DNA from: Collinsella sp.
GTDB taxonomy: Bacteria; Actinomycetota; Coriobacteriia; Coriobacteriales; Coriobacteriaceae
Assembly (NCBI GenBank): GCA_052364855.1
Contig: DAWEIC010000001.1
Location: 416-55,229, forward strand
Direction of reading: 5' to 3'
Length of the DNA stretch: 54,814 nucleotides
Of the stretch, positions 17,921 to 29,379 are shown one piece after another. The notes below the pieces were generated by a model. It had not been told where the DNA came from, ran no database searches, and saw only the letters and a list, made by a program, of their open reading frames with translations. The position numbers were made by a program, and so were the translations under genes. Position 1 is the stretch's first letter. Each line of letters opens with the position of its first letter.

Positions 17921-18952
17921 CTAAATACGCTCTGCAATCTCGTGGATGAGGTAGTTGGTCTTTTCCCAGCCCAGGCACGGGTCGGTGATGGACTTGCCAA
18001 AGACGCCGCCGTCGACTGCCTGGTTACCGTCCTCCAGGTAGGACTCGATCATAAAGCCCTTGACCAGCTTGGAGATGGACTCGTTGCGGCGGCAGCTGTC
18101 GAGCACCTCCTTGCAAATGCGGTACTGCTCCAGCGGTCGTTTGCCCGAGTTGTCGTGGTTGCAGTCGATGACCGCAGCCGGGTTGGCGTAGCCGGCGTGT
18201 TCGGTGTAGCGCTCGGCCAGGCGCTCCAGGTGCTCGTAGTGATAGTTGGGGTAGGTGCGACCGTCGAGGCCGATATAGCCGCGCATGACGGCATGTGCGA
18301 GCGGGTTGCCGTCGCACTCGACTTCCCAGTTGCGGAAGATAAAGCTCTGGTGTGCCTGGGCGGCATAGATGGAGTTGAGCATAACGGTGGTGGAACCGGC
18401 GGTGGGGTTTTTCATGCCCACGGGTACCGAAATGCCGCTCGAGACCAGTCGATGCTCCTGGTTCTCGACCGAGCGCGCGCCCACGGCGACATAGCTCAGC
18501 AGGTCGACGAGGTACTGGTAGTTGGAGGGATAGAGCATCTCGTCGGCGGTGAAGAAACCCGTCTCCTCAATCACGCGCAAGTGCATGTGGCGGATGGCCT
18601 TGACGCCCTCGAGCAGGTCATCCGGCGCCTCGGGGTCGGGGTTGTGCAGCAGACCCTTGTAACCGGTGCCCTTGGTGCGGGGCTTGTTGGTGTAGACGCG
18701 CGGGATGATAACGAGCTTGTCTCTGACTTCCTCGGCGACCTTGGCCAGGCGGTTCATGTACTCGAGTACCGAGTCCTCGCGGTCTGCAGAGCACGGGCCG
18801 ATAATGAGTACCTTGCGTGCGTCCTCGCCGGTAAAGATCTTGGCGACCTCGGCGTCGAACTCCTGCTTTTTGGCGGTGAGCTCGGCTGAAAGCGGCATTT
18901 CCTCGCGGATCTCCATGGGGATCGGCAGTCTACGTTTGAATTCCATGGCCAT
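17921..18952 (-). CDS. aroF: 3-deoxy-7-phosphoheptulonate (DAHP) synthase, class I
   Basis: IIGPCS, KPRT, GARS, GMKN, DCNHDNS, FMIESYL, SITDPCLGW. Confidence 0.92.
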   Translation of the reverse strand: MAMEFKRRLPIPMEIREEMPLSAELTAKKQEFDAEVAKIFTGEDARKVLIIGPCSADREDSVLEYMNRLAKVAEEVRDKLVIIPRVYTNKPRTKGTGYKGLLHNPDPEAPDDLLEGVKAIRHMHLRVIEETGFFTADEMLYPSNYQYLVDLLSYVAVGARSVENQEHRLVSSGISVPVGMKNPTAGSTTVMLNSIYAAQAHQSFIFRNWEVECDGNPLAHAVMRGYIGLDGRTYPNYHYEHLERLAERYTEHAGYANPAAVIDCNHDNSGKRPLEQYRICKEVLDSCRRNESISKLVKGFMIESYLEDGNQAVDGGVFGKSITDPCLGWEKTNYLIHEIAERI

Positions 18953-19085
18953 AGGGGCCTCCTCATCTATAGAAAGCTATTGAGCGCATTGTCGAGTGCT
19001 CGGCATTATCCGCTGTCGCACGCTAAAGTGCAAGCGAAACCTGCCAAAAAGGGGCAGGTTTATTTAGGCGGGTTTTATCTGGGGA

Positions 19086-19312
19086 AACGATGACCGCCTT
19101 GAGGGAGCTGCTTTCCCTCACAGCAGTCTTCTAACAGAAAAAAACCAAGTGAGTAGACTATTTGCAGGAGGCCGAGCACACCCCGAAACGTCACCGCTCT
19201 GACCTGCGGCTTTACTGGGCATTTGTCGCGATGTGCTCGGCAAATCCAAGAAAGTCTACTCACTTGCATCTGAGACGCGCCGGATAGGCAAAAACCGCCG
19301 CGAATGGGATCC
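19086..19312 (-). repeat. About 230-bp dispersed MITE-like repeat, copy B (inverted relative to copy A)
   Basis: Reverse complement aligns with 14345-14575, including the CAAGTGAGTAGACT...AGTCTACTCACTTG inverted repeats. Confidence 0.8.
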
Positions 19313-19355
19313 GTCAAAAGACCCCGAGGAGACATTTCGAGCGCCACGAAACGCA

Positions 19356-19389
19356 AAAACGGGGGCGCAGGTTGCCCTGCGCCCCCGTT
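19356..19389 (-). terminator. Rho-independent terminator of the ABC exporter operon
   Basis: AACGGGGGCGCAGG...CCTGCGCCCCCGTT hairpin with a U-tract on the minus strand. Confidence 0.7.
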
Positions 19390-19420
19390 CTCGGGCGTTA
19401 TTCGTTCCCTGCGGCAGAAT

Positions 19421-21277
19421 TTACGCCGCCTCGTCGAACTGCGAGTTGTACAGGTCGGCGTAGAAGCCACCCTGGGCGAGCAACTCGTCGTGTGTGCCCT
19501 TCTCGACGATGTCGCCGTCGCGGATCACCAAGATCACGTCGGCGTTGCGAATCGTGGACAGGCGATGTGCGATAACAAAGCTGGTGCGGCCCTGCATCAG
19601 CGCATCCATGGCACGCTGAATAAGCTCCTCGGTACGAGTGTCAACGTTGGAGGTCGCCTCGTCCAAAATCAGCGCCGGACGGTCGGCCAAAATGGCACGG
19701 GCGATGGTCACGAGCTGGCGCTGACCCTGCGACAGGTTAGTGCCCTCCTCGTTGATCATAAAGTCGTAGCCGCCGGCGAGCGTATGGATAAAGTGGTCGC
19801 AGCGTGCGGCGCGTGCAGCGGCCTCGACCTCGGCATCGCTTGCATCGGGGCGTCCGTAGCGGATGTTCTCGCGGATGGTGCCGTTAAACAGCCAGGTGTC
19901 CTGCAGCACCATGGCAAACTCGCCGCGCAGCGCCGCGCGGTCCCAGTCGCGCACGTCGACGCCCTCGACGCGCAGCGAACCGCCGTCCACGTCGTAAAAG
20001 CGCTGCAGCAGCTTAATGAGCGTGGTCTTGCCGGCGCCGGTGGGGCCGACGATGGCGATGGTCTGGCCGGGCTGCGCCTCGCAGCTAAAGTCGTGGATGA
20101 TGGTCTTGTCGGGCGTGTAGCCAAACTTGACATGGTCAAACTCCACGTGGCCGGGGCGCTTCTCGGGAATCTGCGCGTCGGCCTTCTGCTCCTCCTCGGG
20201 CGCGGCCAGGAACTCAAAGACACGCTCGGTGGCAGCTGCCATCGACTGCATCGTGTTGCTCACGTTGCCCAGCTGCTGCACGGGTTGCGTAAAGTTGCGA
20301 ACGTATTGGATAAAGCTCTGAATGTCGCCGGGCGTGGCATTGCCGGTCAGCGCGAGCTGCGCGCCCACCACGACGACGCCCACGTAGCCCATGTTACCCA
20401 CCAAGCTCATAAGCGGCATCATCAGGCCCGACAGGAACTGCGAGCGCCAGCCGCTAATAAAGAGACGGTCGTTTTGGCGGTCGAACTCCTCGATCGAAGC
20501 CTCGGCGCGGTCAAACACCTGAATGACGTTCTGGCCGGCAAAATCCTCCTCGATAATGCCGTTGACGGCGCCTAGGACCTGCTGCTGCTCGCGGAAGTAC
20601 GGCTGCGAGAAGTGAATCATCACCATTAAGATAATCGCGGCGGCCGGCAGCGTGAGCACGGTGACGCCGGTGAGCGGCAGGCTGATCGACAGCATCATGA
20701 CGAGCACGCCGATAATCTGCGTCACCGACGTGATGAGCTGCGTCACGCTCTGGTTGAGCGACTGACCCAGCGTATCGACGTCGTTGGTGATGCGGCTGAG
20801 TACGTCTCCCTTGCTGTGGCCGTTGAAGTAACTCATCGGCACGACAGCGATCTTGGCGGCGATCTCCTTGCGCATGCGGTAGCAAATCTTTTGCGTGACG
20901 CCGGTCATGAGCCAGCCCTGGATGAGGCTGCAGACAGAGCTCGCCAGATACAGACAGAGCAAAAAGCCGAGCGTCTTGGCGATCCAGTCAAAGTCAACGT
21001 CGCCGGTGCCGTTGACCTTGGCGACCAGGCCTTCGAACAGCTTGGTCGTAACCTGGCCGAGCACCTTGGGTCCCACAATGTTAAAGATGACCGAGCACAC
21101 GGCAAAGGCGACGGCGGTAAACACGGCAACCTTGTGCTGGCCGATATAGCCGAGCAGCTGCCGCATGGTGCCCTTAAAGTCCTTGGCCTTTTCGCCGCGG
21201 CCCATGCCACCCATACGGCCCATAGGACCGCGCCGGCGGGTTGGCTTGGGAATCTGAGTCTTGGTCTCGTCTGACAT
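19421..21277 (-). CDS. Multidrug-type ABC exporter subunit (TMD+NBD)
   Basis: GPTGAGKT, LSQGQRQL, LDEATS, IAHRL. Confidence 0.93.
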   Translation of the reverse strand: MSDETKTQIPKPTRRRGPMGRMGGMGRGEKAKDFKGTMRQLLGYIGQHKVAVFTAVAFAVCSVIFNIVGPKVLGQVTTKLFEGLVAKVNGTGDVDFDWIAKTLGFLLCLYLASSVCSLIQGWLMTGVTQKICYRMRKEIAAKIAVVPMSYFNGHSKGDVLSRITNDVDTLGQSLNQSVTQLITSVTQIIGVLVMMLSISLPLTGVTVLTLPAAAIILMVMIHFSQPYFREQQQVLGAVNGIIEEDFAGQNVIQVFDRAEASIEEFDRQNDRLFISGWRSQFLSGLMMPLMSLVGNMGYVGVVVVGAQLALTGNATPGDIQSFIQYVRNFTQPVQQLGNVSNTMQSMAAATERVFEFLAAPEEEQKADAQIPEKRPGHVEFDHVKFGYTPDKTIIHDFSCEAQPGQTIAIVGPTGAGKTTLIKLLQRFYDVDGGSLRVEGVDVRDWDRAALRGEFAMVLQDTWLFNGTIRENIRYGRPDASDAEVEAAARAARCDHFIHTLAGGYDFMINEEGTNLSQGQRQLVTIARAILADRPALILDEATSNVDTRTEELIQRAMDALMQGRTSFVIAHRLSTIRNADVILVIRDGDIVEKGTHDELLAQGGFYADLYNSQFDEAA

Positions 21278-23646
21278 TAGTGCTCTCCTCCTTCCATAAC
21301 GGCTGCAATTTCTTCTTGGGTAAGCCCCAGCTCCTCGGCGGAAAGCTGCGACTGTGCGATCTCCAGGTACGCCGGGCAGCTGCGCAGCAGCTCCTCGTGC
21401 GTGCCGGTGCCCACTACGTGGCCGTCATCGAGCACGATGATCTGGTCGGCGTGCATGATGGTCGCGATGCGCTGGGCCACGACCACGAGTGCGGCGTCGG
21501 TGACGTTTTTGGCCAGCTCCTCGCGCAGGCGCGCGTCGGTCTTGTAGTCGAGGGCGCTAAACGAGTCATCGAACACCACGACCTCGGGCTTTTTGGCCAA
21601 CGCGCGGGCGATGGCCAGACGCTGGCGCTGACCACCCGAAACATTGGAGCCGCCCTGGCTGATAGGGGAGTCGTACCCGTCCTCGCGCTCGGCGATAAAG
21701 TCCTCCGCCTGGGCGACGCGTGCTGCCTGGCGCATATCCTCGTCACTCACCATGTCGCCGGCAAACTTGAGGTTGCTCTCGACAGTGCCCGAGAACAGGC
21801 GACCCTGCTGCGGAATATAACCGATGCGGCGGCGCAGCTCGGAAAGTGTCATGTCGCGCACATCGATGCCGTCGAGCGAAATGCTGCCGCCCGTGACGTC
21901 GTACAGGCGCGGAATCAGCTGCACGAGCGTGGACTTGCCCGAGCCCGTGGAGCCGATGATGCCGAGCATCTGACCGGCATGCGTGGTGAAGTTCACGCCG
22001 CTGATGACGTCGGCGCGGGCATCGGGATACTGGAAGCTCACGTCGCGGAAGGTGAGCTCGCCGCGCGGCGCGCTGGCCGCGGGCAGTTTGGGCGAGACGG
22101 GGTCGTTGATGCTGGTGGGGCAAGTGATGACCTCTTCCACGCGCTCGGCTGCGACCTCGGCACGGGGCAGGATGACCGAAACCATGGTGAGGATCATAAA
22201 CGCCATGACGATCTGCATGGTGTAGGAGATAAACGCCATCATGTTGCCGACCTGCATCACGCCGTCGGACACGCCCTGCGCGCCAAACCAGACGATAAGC
22301 ACGGTGATGCAGTTCATGACGAGCATCATGAGCGGCATCATAAAGCTCATGGCGCGGTTGGTGTAGAGCTGCGTGGTCATCAGGTCGAGCGAAGCCTTGT
22401 CAAAACGCTTGAGCTCATGTTCCTCGCGGTTGAACGAGCGGATGGGCATAAGGCCGTCGAGCAGCTCGCGGGCGGTAAGGTTCACGCGGTCCACAAAGCT
22501 CTGCATCTTTTTGAACTTTGGCATGGTGAGGCCCATGAGCACGCCGACGACGGCCGAGACCGCGATGATGGCCACGGCGATGGTCCACTCCAGGCCGGTG
22601 TGGTTGGCCAGGACGCGCATGACGGCGACGATGCCCATGACGGGGGCCATCAGGCACATGCGGATAAACAGGGTTGCGGCCATCTGGATCTGCTGAATGT
22701 CGTTGGTGCAGCGGGTAATGAGCGAGGCCTGGCTAAACTTGCCCACCTCGGCCGGCGAGAAGTGCATAACCTTGTTGAAGGTCTCGCGGCGCAGGTCGCG
22801 GGCGATGGAGCAGGCGGTGCGCGACGCCACGGCACCGGTCAGGATGGTGGCGACGAGCGACACCAGGCACAGCCCAAACATCGTGGTCGCCATGTGGCTC
22901 AGGTAGGCGTTCTGCACGTCGGCGGGGTCGATGCCCTGTGCCTTGTACTCGTCCTGTACATAGCTCACGGCGCGCTGGGTGACGATGGAGCCCGACATGG
23001 AGCCCATTTTGTCTGCCATATCGTTGGCGCCCTCGACGAGCTTGCCCTGGTCGATTAGGCCGCCTTCAACGCCTAGACGCAGGCTCTTCATGGTGATCTT
23101 GCCACCGTCGGCATCAATCTGCTTTTGCATGTTCTGCGCCGCTGCGGCCTTCTGCTGCATCTCGGCGAGCTGCTCGGGCGTCATCGCCGCCATCTGCTCG
23201 GGGGTGGGCATGGCCTGAGCGGCGCCGCCATCGCTTGCCTCGGTGGATGCGCCGGTCATGTCGCCCATGGAGTCGGCGTCGATGCCCTGGTTGAACGAAA
23301 GGACGACGGTCTCGGGCAGGCTCATGATGTCGGCAATCTTGCCGCCGTCGGCGCGCTCCTCCTCGGTGCCCTTGTACGTTCGAATGCCGTTATTGTCCGC
23401 CTTACTAAACACGGCCTCCACAGCCTTGGCGTCCTTGGCGCTCATAAAGAGTTCGAGGTCGTCGAGCGATTCGGCGCGGATGGTGTCGGGTACGGGCGAG
23501 GCGATGCCGCCTTGCTGCACACCCACGTCGACGATGTCGCTCATATAGGTAGGCAGCGCCAGATCGGCGTTGCAGCTGATTACGATAAGCACGATAGCTG
23601 CGAACAGTGCCAGGATATGCTTTTTAAAGAGCTTGAGAATCCTCAC
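21277..23646 (-). CDS. Multidrug-type ABC exporter subunit with degenerate NBD and long first extracellular loop
   Basis: GSTGSGKS, VSGGQRQR, degenerate FDDSFS and VAQR motifs typical of heterodimeric exporters. Confidence 0.92.
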   Translation of the reverse strand: MRILKLFKKHILALFAAIVLIVISCNADLALPTYMSDIVDVGVQQGGIASPVPDTIRAESLDDLELFMSAKDAKAVEAVFSKADNNGIRTYKGTEEERADGGKIADIMSLPETVVLSFNQGIDADSMGDMTGASTEASDGGAAQAMPTPEQMAAMTPEQLAEMQQKAAAAQNMQKQIDADGGKITMKSLRLGVEGGLIDQGKLVEGANDMADKMGSMSGSIVTQRAVSYVQDEYKAQGIDPADVQNAYLSHMATTMFGLCLVSLVATILTGAVASRTACSIARDLRRETFNKVMHFSPAEVGKFSQASLITRCTNDIQQIQMAATLFIRMCLMAPVMGIVAVMRVLANHTGLEWTIAVAIIAVSAVVGVLMGLTMPKFKKMQSFVDRVNLTARELLDGLMPIRSFNREEHELKRFDKASLDLMTTQLYTNRAMSFMMPLMMLVMNCITVLIVWFGAQGVSDGVMQVGNMMAFISYTMQIVMAFMILTMVSVILPRAEVAAERVEEVITCPTSINDPVSPKLPAASAPRGELTFRDVSFQYPDARADVISGVNFTTHAGQMLGIIGSTGSGKSTLVQLIPRLYDVTGGSISLDGIDVRDMTLSELRRRIGYIPQQGRLFSGTVESNLKFAGDMVSDEDMRQAARVAQAEDFIAEREDGYDSPISQGGSNVSGGQRQRLAIARALAKKPEVVVFDDSFSALDYKTDARLREELAKNVTDAALVVVAQRIATIMHADQIIVLDDGHVVGTGTHEELLRSCPAYLEIAQSQLSAEELGLTQEEIAAVMEGGEH

Positions 23647-24092
23647 TCGGCATCTCTCCTTTCTTGATTGCGGTCGATAATTTCGTTGGCACGCCTAAGA
23701 AGGCGCACCATCTCTTGGGTATCTGTTTCGCCGAGCTGCTCGAGGAAAGCCGCGGTGCGGGCCTCGAATTCCCGACGTTTGATTTCGAGATCCTGGAATC
23801 CCTTGTCGGTCACTATGACGTGTACGCGACGACGGTCAGTCTTTGAGTGCTCGCGCTCGACCCAGCCCTTGGCCTCGAGGGCGCGCAGAATATTGGCGAT
23901 GCGGGCGCTCGAGACCCAGGCGCGATCGGCGAGTTCGCTCGGCGTGAGCGAACCGCCGGCGAGCATAAGGGCGCGCATGACAGCCATCTCGCCGCTGAGA
24001 GCTTTGTCCACAAAGCGCGAAACGCGCTGGTGAATGCCGCCAAACTCGGTAAGGAGCTGACTCCCAAGCTCATGGAAATCGGTATCTTCCAC
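23643..24092 (-). CDS. MarR-family transcriptional regulator
   Basis: wHTH TPSELA...LEAKGWVER...DRRRVHV; heads the exporter operon. Confidence 0.9.
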   Translation of the reverse strand: MEDTDFHELGSQLLTEFGGIHQRVSRFVDKALSGEMAVMRALMLAGGSLTPSELADRAWVSSARIANILRALEAKGWVEREHSKTDRRRVHVIVTDKGFQDLEIKRREFEARTAAFLEQLGETDTQEMVRLLRRANEIIDRNQERRDAE

Positions 24093-24344
24093 CGAAAACC
24101 CCTAACACTAGAAACTATTTTCGGTGAAAGATGATACCCCCATACGCGGGCCTCATACAGTGGGCAATATAAAGAGCGCATAAAGACTTAAAATCATTCA
24201 ATTGCTGAAGCGTTTTAAAGAACTATCATGCACGCGGTTAGGCGAGGGGTTGTCACCACCATGACGACTGGGACTCATATAATCGCCACGTGCGATGCTC
24301 CAACTTCCCGCAAGGAGACACCTTACATAAAGGGGGATGGAGTC

Positions 24345-25094
24345 ATGGCATTTGACTTCACGGGCAAGACCGCGATCGTTACCGGTGGCACTCAGGGCAT
24401 TGGCCTCGAGATTGCCAAGGGTATCGTTGCGGGCGGCGGACACGTCGCGCTCATCGCAAGGAACGCTGCTAAGGGCGAGGCCGCTGTGGCCGAGCTTGGC
24501 GAGGGCAACAAGTTCTATCAGCTCGATGTCGCCGATGCACCCAAGGCGCGCGAGACCGTCGAGCAGATTTTCACCGATCTGCCGCAGACCAACATCCTGA
24601 TTAACTGCGCTGGCGTCATCAGCACCAAGAAGTTCGACGAGATCGATGACACCGAGTGGCGCCGTACCATCGACATCAACCTCAACGGCACCTTTACCAT
24701 GATGAACGCCGTGTACCCGCACTTTAAGGCGGCCCATGCCGGCACTATCGTCAACGTGAGCTCTGTCGCTGGCAAGATCGGTGGCGGCCTGCTCGGCACC
24801 GCGGCCTACGCGAGCTCTAAGGCCGGTGTCAACGGCCTGACCAAGGCAGTCGCCAAGGAAGGCGGCAAGTTTGGCGTTCGCTGCAACGCTGTATGCCCGT
24901 CGCTCACGCTTACCGATATGACCTCGATCCTCTCTGACGAGAACTCTCAGCGCATCATCAACGGTATTCCTCTGGGCCGCGCCGCCCAGGCCAGCGAGCC
25001 TGCGCAGATGGTGCTGTTCTTCGCTTCCGACCTCGCCAGCTTCGTGAACGGCGAGATCGGTGACTGCGACGGTGGCATCGTTCTGGACGGGTAA
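24345..25094 (+). CDS. Short-chain dehydrogenase/reductase (FabG-like)
   Basis: TGGTQGIG, NCAG, YASSK; AGGGGG RBS. Confidence 0.92.
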   Translation: MAFDFTGKTAIVTGGTQGIGLEIAKGIVAGGGHVALIARNAAKGEAAVAELGEGNKFYQLDVADAPKARETVEQIFTDLPQTNILINCAGVISTKKFDEIDDTEWRRTIDINLNGTFTMMNAVYPHFKAAHAGTIVNVSSVAGKIGGGLLGTAAYASSKAGVNGLTKAVAKEGGKFGVRCNAVCPSLTLTDMTSILSDENSQRIINGIPLGRAAQASEPAQMVLFFASDLASFVNGEIGDCDGGIVLDG

Positions 25095-25202
25095 TACTCC
25101 GCGACGATTATTCGGCGACGGCTCCTGCGACTCGGGACCGTCGCCTTCTTTCTGATATAGGCGCATGCGGCTACGATTCGCATGCATCCAAAGGAGATAT
25201 AT

Positions 25203-26222
25203 ATGAGTGAATCGACTGCGGTGGAGGCGCCGGCGGCAAAGGAGCCGTTCTTTAAGATGTCCTCCATCCCGGGCGCCAATATCTTGGTGCCGCTTCTGTT
25301 GGGCTGTCTGCTCAACACGCTATTCCCCGACCTGTTCAAAACGCTCGGCAGCTTTACGCTTGGCATGACCCAGCAGGGCGCTGGCCCGCTCGTGGGCGCT
25401 TTTTTGCTCATCGTCGGTACGACGATTTCGTTTAAGAGCGCTCCTGCCGCCGCTGCCCGCGGCGCCATCATCATCGCCGTCAAGCAGATCGTGGTCGTTG
25501 CCATGTCGCTGCTCATCCTTTATGTGTTCAACGACAACTTGTTTGGCATCTCTGCCATGGTGATGCTGGCGGCTTGCACCGGCGCCAACAACGCTATGTA
25601 CGCTGGGCTGATGGGTACCATGGGCAACGAGGCTGAGCGTGGCGCTGTCGCCATCACCACGCTGGTTGTCGGCCCTCCGGTCACGATGATCGTGCTCGGC
25701 GCTGCCGGCCAGGCCCCGATCGGCTGGTCGCTCGTGGGCGCCATTCTGCCGATCGTCGTCGGCATTATTCTGGGTAACCTGTTCCCCAGCTTTAAGAAGA
25801 TGATGGCACCGGCACTTTCCGCCATCATCGTGCTCGTCTTCTTTGCCATGGGCTCGACCATGACTTTTGGCCAGCTTATCAACGGCGGTCTTCCCGGCAT
25901 CCTGCTCGGCGTGATCTGCTCGGTGATCTTTGCAATTCCCGTCATCGCGGTCGATAAGCTCACGGGTGGTACGGGTGTCGCAGGTGCGGCCATTTCGAGC
26001 TGCGCCGGAGCCAATGTGGCCACGCCTGCTGCCATGGCAAGCGTCAACGGGGCCATGTACGGCGGTGCGGTGCTCGCGACGGCTACGGCACAGGTTGCTG
26101 CCTGCGCAATCGTTACGGCTATTTTGACCCCGCTGGTCACCAGCTGGTGCTACAAGCATTTTGAGGGCCAGGGCAACGGCGATAGCAAGGCAACGACCGA
26201 CAAGGCCGCCGCAGCCGCCTAA
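25203..26222 (+). CDS. kdgT: 2-keto-3-deoxygluconate permease
   Basis: IPG..LVPLLLGCLLNT N-terminus, AGANVATP, TAQVAA..IVTAIL.PL; hydrophobic throughout. Confidence 0.82.
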   Translation: MSESTAVEAPAAKEPFFKMSSIPGANILVPLLLGCLLNTLFPDLFKTLGSFTLGMTQQGAGPLVGAFLLIVGTTISFKSAPAAAARGAIIIAVKQIVVVAMSLLILYVFNDNLFGISAMVMLAACTGANNAMYAGLMGTMGNEAERGAVAITTLVVGPPVTMIVLGAAGQAPIGWSLVGAILPIVVGIILGNLFPSFKKMMAPALSAIIVLVFFAMGSTMTFGQLINGGLPGILLGVICSVIFAIPVIAVDKLTGGTGVAGAAISSCAGANVATPAAMASVNGAMYGGAVLATATAQVAACAIVTAILTPLVTSWCYKHFEGQGNGDSKATTDKAAAAA

Positions 26223-26690
26223 TGCCAAGCGGTAATCAAAGCTAAAAACTAGCTACACCACAGGGCGGCCACGGGGGATCCCGTGGCCGCCATGCAGTTT
26301 CTGTAGGGTCTCTGGGACACTTTACCCTGCTAAAGCTGGCATAACAGCTAGAGCGAAGGTCGTACAAAGGCAAGGAAAAATACCAAACAAATCGGTGAAC
26401 GGTAGTTGTTTGCGCTCGCATTTCCTGCGGGTTTGTAAAAAACGCCATTATGATATAAAAAAAGAAACATATAACAGCCCAGATGGAGAGGGTCGCTATG
26501 TTATCCTTCTCAAACGGGTGAAATCTTGGGTTTTTGGGTTGTAGTTCCAAGGTGGACAAACGTTTTTCTCTGCACCAACGTGTGGTGAAGAACGGAAGAA
26601 GCCGGTAGTGCAAGCCGAACATTCAAGAATTCAATAAGCAGCGGTGTGAGAGAGCGCCGCATTACACGTAACTAGGAGCGTGGTTACACA

Positions 26691-28742
<2,052 letters not shown>

Positions 28743-28743
28743 C

Positions 28744-28768
28744 TATTGTTAGTGCTATACTAACAATA
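28744..28768 (+). promoter_or_regulatory. Palindrome TATTGTTAGT-N5-ACTAACAATA overlapping an extended -10 (TGCTATACT)
   Basis: Perfect 10-bp arms; TGnTATACT at 28753-28761 upstream of the small glycyl-radical gene. Confidence 0.6.
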
Positions 28769-28827
28769 ACGATTACTGATTAGCGCGCCGGTTTCGGCCG
28801 GCGCCTATCAATCGAAGGAGACACATT

Positions 28828-29079
28828 ATGAAGGTTTCTGAAGTTTCCGAGACTCAGGCCGATAACCTGGTCCACATGCTCGACGCTTACGCCGAGAAGG
28901 GTGGCCACCACCTGAACATCAACGTCTTCAACCGTGAGACGCTGCTCGACGCTCAGGCTCACCCCGAGAAGTACCCGCAGCTGACCATCCGCGTTTCCGG
29001 CTATGCCGTGAACTTCCACACGCTCACCAAGGAGCAGCAGGACGAGGTCATTTCGCGTACCTTCCACGACAAGTTCTAA
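28828..29079 (+). CDS. grcA: Autonomous glycyl-radical domain protein (GrcA-like, PFL C-terminal module)
   Basis: [35 protein letters not shown]; own AGGAG RBS. Confidence 0.9.
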   Translation: MKVSEVSETQADNLVHMLDAYAEKGGHHLNINVFNRETLLDAQAHPEKYPQLTIRVSGYAVNFHTLTKEQQDEVISRTFHDKF

Positions 29080-29113
29080 AAGGATTTAACTCCCGCAGGA
29101 TCGCCGGGCCGTC

Positions 29114-29218
29114 TTGGGTTACTTTCCAAAACGTCCTCGGACATGCAAAGGGCTCCGCTGCGCGCTTCGCGCGGCGGAGCCCTTTGCGTCCTGCGGGATG
29201 TTTTGGAAAATAACCCAA
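29114..29218 (+). repeat. Long nested hairpin, family X copy 2 (3' of the glycyl-radical gene)
   Basis: CGTCCTCGGACAT/GTCCTGCGGGATG loops, inner stem GCAAAGGGCTC/GAGCCCTTTGC, apical CGCTGCGCGCTTCGCGCGGCG. Confidence 0.85.
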
Positions 29219-29343
29219 AACCGGCCATGTGGGGTCCTTTGGAGTCACCCTTTAGGCGGAACTCTCCTAATTATTTGGATGAGTCGTTTACTTGCTTATG
29301 CTGTTACCGTCTTCCCGCTGTTGTTGGGGTATGCTTTGTTCGT

Positions 29344-29360
29344 ATGTAAACGTTTGACAT
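29344..29360. promoter_or_regulatory. ScrR-type operator upstream of the LacI gene
   Basis: ATGTAAACGTTTGACAT, matching the sites at 30446-30527. Confidence 0.7.
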
Positions 29361-29379
29361 GTTGATGGGGGAGGGTGCT

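Noticed and set aside
26242..26622. 126-aa minus-strand ORF in the AT-rich region upstream of pflB
   Set aside because: Atypical composition and no motifs; most likely the pflB promoter region.
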